From the NCBI RefSeq assembly GCF_004010195.1, contig NC_057749.1, positions 13,390,543 to 13,454,542 of the forward strand: DNA of 64,000 nt, written 5' to 3'. The notes below the pieces were generated by a model. That model was not told where the DNA came from and made no database searches. It saw only the letters and a list, made by a program, of their open reading frames with translations. Shown here piece by piece: positions 53,052 through 64,000 of this stretch. Numbering within the stretch: position 1 is the first letter of the stretch; each line of letters starts with the position of its first letter. Made by a program: the position numbers and the translations under genes. The stretch is from Chiloscyllium plagiosum (Eukaryota).

Positions 53052-54449
53052 GTGAGTTGTGCATTTACCTCAGTGCACGTTTTTGCATGTGTAGCCATGT
53101 CCAAGGTCTAGAACATCAGAACTAGATCAAATATATTACTCTTCATTGAAATTCTTGCCTCTCAACCTGCACAGAAACCAGTGCTGCGTTGCCTGATCTG
53201 TGAGGAAGGAAAACAGTTCATGAGTTAGCAAAGGGTCTTTTCTGTATCCTCCTTGTACAACAGTTACAAGTGCAGGGAAAGAAACAATTTTATATTGTCA
53301 ACATGCCTATGCTATGGCCATCAGTGGCACCAAAAAATGGAATAAGGTAGGCTATTCAGCCCATCTGATTCATACTGCCACTTGAGTAAACTTTGGCTTA
53401 CCTCTTTGCTCTATATCCTGTTTAAAAACCACCATATGTTTCTTTTTAGATTACTTACAGCGTGGAAACAGGCCCTTTGGCCAAATAAGTCCACACCGAC
53501 CATCCAAAGCACGGACCACCCAGACCCATTTCCCTACACCTAACACTACGGGCAATTTAGCACGGCCAATTCACCTAACGCGCACATTTTTGGAAAGTGG
53601 GAGGAAACCGGAGCACCCAGAGGAAACCCACACAGACACGGGGAGAATGTGCAAACTCCACACACAGAGTCACCTTGAGGTGGGAATTGAACCCGGGTCT
53701 CTGGCACTATGAGGCAGCAGTGCTAACCACTGTGCCACCGTGCTGCCCGTTTTGCTTCAGCTGGAAAATGAGAAAGTCAAACAACTTTTGCTTTCAAGGG
53801 ATTCTTGACTGGGGCAGGGATGGCAGAGAGTATCAGGTTAACATCACAACAAGTAACAACTCACCTGGACCAGTTACAGGAGTTGAGGAGGTTGAAGACA
53901 AATTAATCTGGATGTTTTTATTTTCCCTTTTTGGCCTAGGTTTTTTAAAATACCCTCCTGGGAGATGACATGATAGGTATAAGAAGTGGGAGTGAGTCAT
54001 GAGTACAGTCTATTATCATGGTGTTAGGGCAGGCTCAAAGAGAAAATGGGATCTTTCCCTGTCCATGTATGTACATTTCGCATGTATGTACATTTCATCA
54101 CCAGGTATTTGACCATGTAGCTGGGATTTGACCACTGACCTCAGACTGAGGAAGGTCCCAATCAGAGGTGTAAAGCCAGAGATAGGACTTTGTGCAGATG
54201 GGACTGTTGCATTTTTTGTGTACCACCCCAAACCTTTCACTCACCCAGCAGGAATGGCTAAGTCTAGGATCCAACCCAATCCTGGAACTGATTCCATTGG
54301 AAAAGCAATGTGATTATACATCTCCATTGGGTCGAGCAGCCAATCACGTTTCCATGGAGATGTATGCTGCTGAGTTCTTGCAAGGAAGAACACCATGGAT
54401 ACAAGCAGGAGGAAGGAATAATGACGGAGACGAAGTAACATTTGCCTTT

Positions 54450-54770
54450 ATCACACACGGGAACAGGCATATATACAGAAAAACACACATATGGATTCAC
54501 ATACATACAAGCACACACACAACCATACACACAGGAACAGATATATTCACAGAAAAATGCACACTCACATAAAACACATGCCCAGACTCACACACACATA
54601 TACTCAGAAAAACAACACAGAGGCACAAACGCAAAACTGTATGCATGAAAATGACATACACAGAATCATATAGACTCAGACAAACACACACAAAAGGGCA
54701 GAGATGTACAGATAGAAAAACACGCGTACATGCAAAACACGTGTATAGGAACACACACACACACACACGC
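54450..54770. repeat. CA-rich low-complexity tract ending in (CA)n
   Basis: direct reading. Confidence 0.8.
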
Positions 54771-56657
54771 CTTCCATCCATGTTTGAGTCAAATCTCAAT
54801 CCCATTTCAGAAAGAAAACGATATGATAACGCAGTGTGTTGCCTGTTCTCAAAATAATTCTGTAAGAAATCATTAATAGAAAGCAAGCTATGCTAAGCAG
54901 CCCTGCTGCAATGGTAAATTGGCACTGTGCTCATTAACAATACGTCCAGAGTTACAATTCGTAGTTAACTGAGACTCGCTTGTTGACCCCAGCTTGAAGT
55001 GGTGCATGGGGATAATTATACACCACAGGACATTAAACCGAGTGGCTGTTTCCCTGTTCATTCTTCTCTGCTTAAATGTGTCTCAGTGTAAACACAGCAG
55101 CTTTAACTTAATAATGAAAAGAAAAGCTGCAAAGCCTAGAGATCAGAGTTCAAAACAAGAAAATGCTAGAATTTTTAAAAATTGTTCCTGGGATGTAGGT
55201 GTCACTGTCTGGGCCAGCATTTATTGCCTGCCCCTACTTCCCCTTTAGAAAATCATGTGAGCTGCCTTCTTAAACCGCTACAGTCCATGTGCTGTAGGTA
55301 AATCCATAATACTGCTAGGGAGGGAATTCCAGGATCTTGACCCAGCAACAGTGAAGAAACATTCCCAAGTCAGGATGGTGAGTGGCTTGGAGGGGAATTT
55401 GCAGTAGGTGGCTTTCTCATGTGCCTGCTGCCCTTGTCTTTAACACAAAAGTGGATTGCACATCAGCTTGGGTTTGCTTCCTCTCCCAGCTTGCTTTGTG
55501 GATAGCAGACCATGTAAAAGAAGATGAGCAAAGTATGGGTGTGTCCCTGACTCAGTCTTATACATCTATCCATCCCACGTGTCTATAGCCACCCACTGAC
55601 CCATTTACCCACTCACTCATTTAGGAGGAGGTGGTGGCCTGTTGGTCCAGGTAATTAATATTTTCGGGACCTGGTGTAGATGGAATTTGAATTCACTAAA
55701 AAAATTAGTATCTAATAATGACCATGAGTCCATTGCTCTAGTTTGGTTTGGTTTGGTTTGGTTTTTAGCAGGCTGGCTGTTCACTGAAAGCAGTCATTCA
55801 GTTTGAGGCTGCTGGACCAAGAAACAGCTACTTGGAAGAAAGTTTTCCATGCTGAATCCCTTTGCTGTCCCTCTCTCTCTCTCCCCTGTAAGACTCTGTG
55901 TTTGATTTTTCCTTTTTTGCCAAGGGGTGTTTATGGGAGTTGTTGCAAGCATTTGGAACAGCATCATTAAGTTGAGATAATCTATTGGGTTTTAGGATAG
56001 ACTAAGTTATTTTTTATACTGTTCTCTTTTCGTTCAGTAATCTTGTAAATAAATTCTATTTTATTTAAAACCGAGTGGTTTGACAAACTGCATCACTTCT
56101 GGAATATCCATGCTACACCTGCCTAAAACATCTCGCAAAGTTAGGGTCTGCATTTCTTTCTTGAAATGTTTTGAGGGGGTCTGACCTGATCCATAGCACT
56201 AGCCTACATGTAACTCCATACCCTCAGCAATGTGGTTGACTCTTAAATGCTCTCTGGGCAATTAGGAATGGGCAATAAGTGCTGCCTGGTCAGCAAAGCC
56301 CTCATACCATGAGTGAATACAAAAAAAACCCATGGGCAACCAAACATTCACAATCTCTTTAAAATCCATGGGCATCAATCGCAAGACCCAGGATTTTTTG
56401 CCCATCCTTATTTGCTCTGGAACTGATTGGTTTGTAAGTGCCATTTTAGAGGACAACTAAGATTGCTGAGGGTGTGGAGTCACATGAGGACCAGACCAGG
56501 TAAGAACAGCAGATTTCCTTCTCTAAAGGACATTAGTGAACCAGATGGACTTTTACAACAATTCATCATCATCACCATCATCATCACTGAGACCAGCTGT
56601 CAATTCCAGATTTATAATTTGAATGTCAATTCCACCAGACGCCCTCAGAACATTAAA

Positions 56658-56893
56658 ATAAAAGCAAATTACTACAGATTCTGGTAGTCTGAAAGAAACA
56701 CAGACAATGTTGGAGAAACTCAGCAGGTCTGCTATCATCTGTGAAGGAAGAAGCAGAGTTTTGAATCCGATGTGACTGTTCTTCACAACTGTTCTGAAAG
56801 GGAGTTCATACCAGACTCAGAATATTAACTTTGTTTCTCTCTCCATAGATGCTGCCTGACCTGCTGATTTTCTCCAACATTGTTTGTGTTTGT
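56658..56893. mobile_element. Older fold-back PLE cassette (second family) with 15-bp TSD
   Basis: cctcagaacattaaa at 56643-56657 and 56894-56908; inverted caatgttggagaaa / tttctccaacattg. Confidence 0.75.
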
Positions 56894-57264
56894 CCTCAGA
56901 ACATTAAACTGGGCCTCTGGAATGTGTTGAAAGCCATAGTTAGATTCTGTATTAATACTGTATTTAGGTGCCGCACATTTTGACTCTAGAAATATAGGTG
57001 GGGTCGTCGGTATGTTTCAAAATCATGAGTAGCTGGACTGAGTAGATAGCCAGAAACTATTCATGAAAGGATACAGAATGAAATGGCAAAAATTATTTAA
57101 ATTGGCAAAGGAAATTAAAAAAGGTGTGAGAAAAGTCTTGTTCATGCAGCGAGTGATTAAGGTCTGAAATACACTTCCTGAGAGTGCTGTGGAAGCAGTT
57201 TCTGCTGAAGTATTCAAAAGGAATTAGACTGTCACCTGGAAGGCTCCATAAATGGGAAATCACA

Positions 57265-57278
57265 CCACTAGGTGGCGT
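57265..57278 (+). promoter_or_regulatory. CTCF core motif
   Basis: CCACTAGGTGGCGT fits the CCASYAGRKGGCR consensus. Confidence 0.55.
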
Positions 57279-57894
57279 GTTGCAGTTGTGGGTAGTAATT
57301 CAGTTAGCACAGCTCTTATTGTGAGGTGTAGGTCAAGTCTGCAACAGAGCTGTCCCAAGGGGGACTGGGGATATTGTGCGGTACTTCACTTCTGCCCTGG
57401 GGCAAAATTGCACATATCAGTTAGGGTTGAGGCCAAAACATTGGATGTTTCCAAGAAGGAGTTAGATTTAGTCCTTAGGGTTAAAGTGATTAAGTGGTAG
57501 GGGGATAAAGCAGGAACAGAGGACTTCATCATATTGAATGACAGAGAAGGCTGAAAGGGTTGAATGTCTTACTCATGTGCCTAACTTTTATGTTTCCATA
57601 TTTCTGTATATCTCCAACCCCTATCAACTGACTATGTAATTTATTATGGCTCAGACCATTATCCCCCCAAAATATAGGAAGGAATTGCCTAGGACCTAAC
57701 TTCTTTATTTATTTAAAGGCAAGTATAAGGTGCTATGTTCCAGATATAATTCAACTGGTCCATCACTAAGTTTAAGCAAAACACACTTTATTCCTACAAA
57801 ACAGTTAAAGTACAAACAAAATGAACTGACAGAACTTTTGAAATGCTTAACAAGATAATGTATCATTAAAGCACTAAATATCAATTGTTTCTTG

Positions 57895-58956
57895 ATCCAA
57901 TGGGCTGAGAAGTGGCAGATGGAATTTAACTGAGATAAATGTGAAGTGTTGCATTTTGGTAAGGCAAGTCAGGGCAGGACTTTTCACTTAATGGTGGGGC
58001 CCTAGGGTGTGTTGCTGATAAAAGAGACCTTAGGGTGCAAGTTCATAATTCATTGAAGGTGGAATTGCAGGTAGACGGGGTAGTAAAGAAGGCGTCAGTA
58101 CATTAAGTATAGAATGTAAAACTGCAGCTCTACAGGACATTGGTAGGCCACTTTTGGAACACTGTATTCAGTTTTGACCTTCTTGCTGTAGGAAAGATGT
58201 TAAACTTGAAAGGGATCAGAAAAGATTTACAAGAATGTTGTTGAGGTGGAGGGTTTGAGCTCTAGGTAGAGGGTGAATAAGCTGAGGCTAATTTCCCTAG
58301 AGTACTGGAAGCTGAGGTTAGGTAAGTCCAAAACTAGACGGCATAGGTTTAAGGTGAGAGGGGAAAGATTTAAAAGAGATCACCTGTTCACACAGAGGAT
58401 AGTGCGTGTATGGACTGAGCTGCCAAATGTGATGGAGGCTGGTACAATTACAACATTTAAAAGGCATCTGGATGGGTATATGACTATGAAAGGTTTAGGG
58501 GGGTACGGTGGCTCAGTGGCTAGCATTGCTGTCTCGCAGCACCAGGGACTCTGGTTTGATCCCACCCTCGGGAAACTGTCTGTGTGGAGTTTGCACATTC
58601 TCTCTGTGCTTGTGGGGGTTTCCTCTGGATGTGCTGATTTCCTCCCACTGTCACAAAGATGTGCAGGTTAGAGGTTTTGGCTGTGCTAAATCGCCCATAG
58701 TGTTCAGGGATGTGTAGGTTAGGTGCATTAGTCAGAGGAAATGTGGAGTCATAGGGTAGGGAAATGGGCCAGAGTGGGATACTCTTCAAAGGGTCGATGT
58801 GGACTTGTCAGGCCAAATAGCCTGTTTCCACACTGTAGGGATTCTATGATATGGGCCAAATGTTGCAAAATGGGACTAGATTAATTTAGGATATCTGATC
58901 AGCATGCACAAGTTGGACCGAAGGGTCTGTTTCCGTGCCATGTAACTCTAAGACTG
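57895..58956 (+). mobile_element. CR1 LINE 3' fragment interrupted by an HE1 SINE
   Basis: WAEKWQMEFN-type sequence, TRRHRFKVRGERFK; 3' UTR resumes after 58848. Confidence 0.85.
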
Positions 58957-59660
58957 TATGTTTCAATATAAGCAGCATCTCATAAACACACTCCGGCAAG
59001 GCAATTTAGCAAACCAGTTTTATCCTCATGTGCTTATTGTTTTCCAATTCAACCAAAAGAACGACAAAAAGTCTGCCTGTTTTATCTCTAAGAGGAAAAA
59101 CATCTGTCTAAGTCTTCACCAGCAGCACAGAGAGAGAGCTTTATTGGTTAACTCCAACAGCCAGCTAACATTATCAAAATCAAACTGAAAGCAAAGCCTA
59201 AAGACCCTTGGTTCTGTGTGAACCTGACCCTGTCCACTCCTGTGTCTTTTGTTTAACTTGTAAAAAAAAAACCTAGGGATAACTCAAAAGCTGTTACCAA
59301 CTGTCTGTCAAAAGGAGATTTTCAGCACCACTGTGATAATATCTCTTTACAAGAGAAACAGGACAGAACACATCTCTCTTAAAGGCCCAGTACCATCGCA
59401 AAGTGTGTCTCAAGTCAGGGTGCAATTGAATATGTGCAGATAGATTGCAGTGACCATTTTGCATTTGGAACACACATCGTTCATATCCAAAAAGGAAAAA
59501 TATGAAGTGTTATGGGGTGAAGGCTAGACAATGGCACTAAGCAATCAGTTCATTTGAAAAGCCGTTGTAGTCATGATGGATTGAATGGCTTCCTTTAGTG
59601 CTATAGCAATTCTCTGACACTGTAATGTCTGATTCCCTGTGGGCATTTTGCACATTGCAG

Positions 59661-59799
59661 GTATTTGATGGTGCAGTCATCGTCCTGTCATTGGCTCCCA
59701 TGGTGGCCTCGACTGTAGCAAATGGACCCAGCAGCCCATGGGATGCCATCAGCCTAATCATCACCCTTCGCATTTGGAAGGTCAAACGCATCATTGACG
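59661..59799 (+). CDS. TMEM266: TMEM266 coding exon (S3-S4), 139 nt
   Basis: ttgcag|gta acceptor and g|gtgagt donor; VFDGAVIVLSLAPMVASTVANGPSSPWDAISLIITLRIWKVKRIID with the S4 basic motif. Confidence 0.97.
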
Positions 59800-61087
59800 G
59801 TGAGTGGTTGGCACTAATGGTAACGTTGTGGGTCAATTGGATTTTATTGACAATGTACTTTTTCTCTGTTACCTCGGCAGTGAATGGGAAATGTCTGTGC
59901 AGCATCACTGAAAAATACCTTGTGTTCATATAAACACTTCACAATCACATTGCCTGTGTCTTGAATCAGGAACGTTCAGAGAATTTTAAAAAACACAATT
60001 TTTTTTAACTCATCTTCTAACCATCCAGTTCGATGCATGATACATGCAATAATAGAGCATTGACTAATCACAATCTCAGCCTCATTCATTGGCTTACAGG
60101 CATGGAATGCAGTAAATGCCCATAGAATCTTAATTCCAAGGACAACTGCATTACGTTTTTATCCCAATACATTTGTTCTCAGGATATGACACTCACTAGC
60201 AAGGCCAACATTTCGATAATTTCTCGCCAACCTGTTCAGAGCTTTTATCACACACCTTTGGAGCAGGTTGGACATGAACCTGGGCCTCCCGGCTCAGAGG
60301 TAAGGGCACAACCACTGCATCGCAAGAGCCCTCCAAGGCCAACATTTATTGGCTGTCTGTTATTGCCCTCTGTGTGTTCATTTGGCAATTTCAGAGGACA
60401 ATTAACAGCCAACCATGTTTCTGTGGGTATGTGCTAACATGTTAGCCAGACTAGATAAGGATGGCAGATTTCCTTCCATAAAGGACACTAATAGGCCAAA
60501 TGGGTTTTTACAGCAATGTGGTAGTTTCATGGGTGTAATGAATGAGAGCAGCAGTTTAGCCCAGATTTATTAATTCATTTAATTTAAATAGCACCAAATG
60601 CCATGTTTGGATTTGAACTCAGACTCACAAATATTGATCTAGACCTCTGGATTACTGGTAATCATTAACATTGACTCTGCGTACGATGCTTTAGATTGCT
60701 ATTGTCTGGAGACAATTAATGGAACATCTGGGGTTACATCAGAAAACATTTCTTCATACAAAGGAAATTTCAAATGGCAAAGGTACTGCCGAGGATGCTT
60801 TAGTGTCATGGTAACATCAGTAGACCAGCTAGCTAAAGCCCCTGCTAATGGTCTGGGGATGCTGGTTCAAATCCCAGCAGGACAGCTGGTGGAATTTTAA
60901 ATCAATTAATAAAATCTGCAATTGAAAGTTAGTCTCAGTGGCCAATGAACTGTATTTATTATTATAAGACTCACCTGGTTCACGAATGTTCTATAGGAAA
61001 GGAAATCTGCCTTTCATGGCCTCCATGTGACTCCAGACCAACAGCAAAATAGCTAACTCTTAATTGCCTCTGAAGTGGAGTTCACCG

Positions 61088-61402
61088 TGGGCGGCACGGT
61101 GGCACAGTGTTTAGCACTGTTGCCTCACAGCGCCAGAGACCCGGGTTCAATTCCCGCCTCAGGCGACCGACTGTGTGGAGTTTGCACATTCTCCCCGTGT
61201 CTGCATGGGTTTCCTCCGGGTGCTCCGGTTTCCTCCCACACTCCAAAAATGTGCAGGTTAGGTGAATTGGCCACGCTAAATTGCCTGTAGTGTTAGGTGC
61301 AGGGGTAAATGTAGGGGAATGGGTCTGGGTGGGTGCGCTTCGGCGGGTCGGTGTGGACTTGTTGGGCCGAAGGGCCTGTTTCCACACTGTAAGTAAGTAA
61401 TC
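61088..61402 (+). mobile_element. HE1-type tRNA-derived SINE, young full-length copy
   Basis: gggcggcacggtggcacagtg head with A box and GGTTCAATTCC B box, V-domain-like core tgtggagtttgcacattctcccc, CR1-like 3' end ggccgaagggcctgtttcc. Confidence 0.9.
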
Positions 61403-62564
61403 TAGTAACCAACTCAGTTCATGGGCAATTGGGGGGGAAATGTTGGTACCATTAGTGACACCCATATCCCATGAAAGCATAAGAAATAGCTTCTTTCTGC
61501 ACTGTAGGGATTCTATAATTCTGTAATACTGTGAAATACTACATCTAGAAGCCAATTAAAAATATCAAAGCTGAAATTGATTGACTTTTGCTGAGTAACG
61601 ATTTTGAGAGTTGGAGAAAAATGGTGGGCGGATGGATTAGGAAATAATTCAGCTGTGATGTAATTGAATAGTAGATCTCCTCCCATTCCTATGAAGTGTG
61701 ACATGAGGACGGGCTCATGTAAAACAGTGATGTCCCTGCACTGGAAGAAGCCGACACAGTGGGGCAGGAATTTACAAATGCATTTAAGAGTAGCCACGTT
61801 CCCCAAACACACGCACACACAAAATAGCCTAGTGGTATTATCAGTGGACTGTTAATCCAGAGACCCAGGTAATGGGGTGGCATGGTGGCTCAGTGGTCAG
61901 CACTGCTGCCTCACAGTACCCAGGACCCGGGTTCGATTCCCACCTCGGGTGACTATCTGTGTGGAGTTTGCACATTCTCCCCGTGTCTGTGTGGGTTTCC
62001 TACCACAATCCAAAGCTGTGCAGGCCAGCTGAATTTCCTGTAGTGTTAGGTGCCTTAGTCAGGGGTAAGTATGGGGAAAGGGTCTGGGTGGATAAATCTG
62101 TGGAGGGTCAGTGTGGAGTTATTGGGCTGAAGGGCCTATTTCGATATTGCAGGGAATCTAATCTAATGTAGTGGGACATGGGCTCGAACCCCACCATGGC
62201 AGATGGTGGTATTTGAATTCAATAAATATCTGGAATTAAGAATCTAATGACTACTGTAAATCCATTGCCAATTGTTGGACAAACCCATCTCATTCACTAA
62301 CATCCTTTAGGGAAGGAAACTGCCATCCTAACTTGGGCTGGCGTACGTGTGACTCCAGACCCATAGCAATGTGGTTGACCAATTAGGGATGGGCAATAAA
62401 TGCTGCCTAGCCAACGATGCCCTCATCCTGTTACATAATAAAGAAAAAAAAACACGCACACTGTGACAGCATGCCTTGGATTGGCAACATAACATCATCG
62501 CACCAGTCTCCCAAATTACAAAAGGCAAGTGGGCACTGGAATCAGGATGCCATCTGCCACACGG

Positions 62565-62910
62565 CCAACAGCCTAGTGGTATTTTCACAGGGTTTTTAAT
62601 CTAGAGACCCAGGTAATGTTCTGAGGACAGTGATTCAAATCCTGCCATGGTGGAATTTGAATCTAAGTTTAAAAATCTGTTATTAAGAATCTAATGAGGA
62701 CCATTTTCAATTGTTGGGGAAAACCCATCAGGTTCACCAGTGTCCTTTAGGGAAGGAAACCACCATCCTTTCCTGGTCTGGCCTACATGTGACTCCAGAC
62801 CCACAGCAATGTGGATGACTCTTAACTGCCCTCTGGGAATCCCCACATAAGGATGGGTTGCAAGTGCTACCTTAGTCTGTGATACTCACATCCTGTGAAT
62901 GAATTTAAAA
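62565..62910 (+). mobile_element. Second abundant SINE family (tRNA-like head, L2-like 3' tail)
   Basis: core ctttagggaaggaaac...tgtgactccagacccacagcaatgtgg. Copies at about 6560-6715, 12460-12780 (-), 12965-13300 (+), 31745-32125 (-), 39150-39650, 56380-56920 (-), 60185-60660 (-), 60790-61480 (+), 61825-62440 (+), 63070-63430 (-). Confidence 0.75.
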
Positions 62911-64000
62911 ATTGAAATTGCCAACTAGCAGTTATCAAGGTTGGTGATAATATGTTGCCCACTGCATTTTTCAAGCAGCTGACATGAAGAGGTTTGAAAG
63001 CATAATAATAGGGCAAAAGAATCAGCCTTCTCCCTCAGGACAATGACTGGATTCTGTTCGTTGTTCTGTTATGGGATGTGGATATCATTGGCTGACAGTT
63101 TTCCACACCAAATATCCCTTGAACAGAATGGCTGGCTGGGGCTATTTCAGAGGATGGTTAAACATCGACTATGTTGCTGTGGGTCTGGAGGCATGTATAG
63201 CCAGACTGGGTAAGGATGGCAGATTTCCTTCCTTGAAGCACATCAATGAATAAGATGGGATTTTACTGAAATCGACACAAGTTTCATGGCCACTATCAGT
63301 GGGACAAACTTTCAATTCCAGGTTTCAATAGGTGAATAGAAATTCCACCAGCCACTGCGATGAGATTTGATCCCATGCACCCCAGAACATCAGCTTGATG
63401 TCTACCATACTAGTCCAATAGCATTATCATTATACTACTGTCTGTCTGACAATTGACCCTGTTGACTTGAGTGTATCAGTGCAGCTATGGAATTGACTTT
63501 CATAAGAAAAGAGCAAATTAGCAAACAGAAAAATCCTTTCCCTTGGCTGCTTGCAGCAGACATGAACCTGGCTACAGTCAGTGAGTACATCTGTCCACTG
63601 AAATGCTAAGTTTAGCTCAATTTCAAAAATAGTCTGCAACTATTCCGTTCTGCAAACTAAGAACTCATTCCAGAATTAAACAAATGAAGGAAGTGCAGTG
63701 ACAACAAAATATATTGGGCAGATGTGGCTTTTATCCAGTTTCAATTAAGTGGCAGATTTTCGATATTAAAATTAACAAGCTGTGTGTTTTTTGGACTGGG
63801 GAATCAATTCAACCCGTACAGTTCTTCATTTTTACACTCAGTAATAGTTGCTGTTCTAATTGTGTTCCTGCAAAGAAACATCAGCAATCTACAAGGAGCA
63901 CTTGATAATGGTTAGATGGGGACCTTACTTTTCGTGAATTAGAGATACTGACTGTTGCAGTTATGTGACCCCACAGCACTGACACCTCATCGATGAACAA

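Noticed and set aside
54192..54886. His/Thr-rich and Cys/Val-rich ORFs
   Set aside because: Translation of CA-rich low-complexity sequence
59320..59340. REST/RE1 site (ttcagcacc)
   Set aside because: Only the left half-site is present, and it lies inside an LTR-like repeat
59661..59799. Assignment to HVCN1 (Hv1) or TPTE/VSP
   Set aside because: S1 lacks the Hv1 Asp, and the N-terminal and S3-S4 loop sequences (VASTVANGP..PWDAISL) match TMEM266
61088..61165. tRNA gene (A and B boxes)
   Set aside because: Head of an HE1 SINE continuing into the SINE body; about 17 such copies in the window

Overview
Eukaryotic, repeat-rich genomic DNA from a cartilaginous fish. A shark, probably a bamboo/carpet shark, is inferred from the many HE1-type SINEs and HER1/CR1 LINEs; the draft assembly has two N gaps. 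The only host gene I can support is TMEM266 (HVRP1/C15orf27, an Hv1-related voltage-sensor protein) on the + strand. It shows five consecutive, phase-compatible GT-AG coding exons (35718-35906, 50139-50293, 50394-50467, 52995-53051, 59661-59799) encoding the N-terminus and S1-S4. The start exon was not identified, and the C-terminal exons lie beyond the window. Nearly all other listed ORFs are transposon fragments or spurious. The most striking non-genic signal is about 20 short Penelope-like (PLE) terminal-repeat inserts from at least four sequence families, carrying minimal hammerhead-ribozyme cores (CUGANGA...GAAA). Nine are fold-back cassettes of about 150-390 bp, mostly centred on the ribozyme. 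Most have 11-15 bp target-site duplications and a recurrent 33-40 nt unpaired tail. Also present: a 14 x 33-bp minisatellite inside a SINE, solo LTRs, a Tigger-like MITE, nested insertions, a perfect 20-bp hairpin, a strong CTCF motif and a probable haplotype-merge artefact. Repeat boundaries are approximate unless TSDs are quoted.
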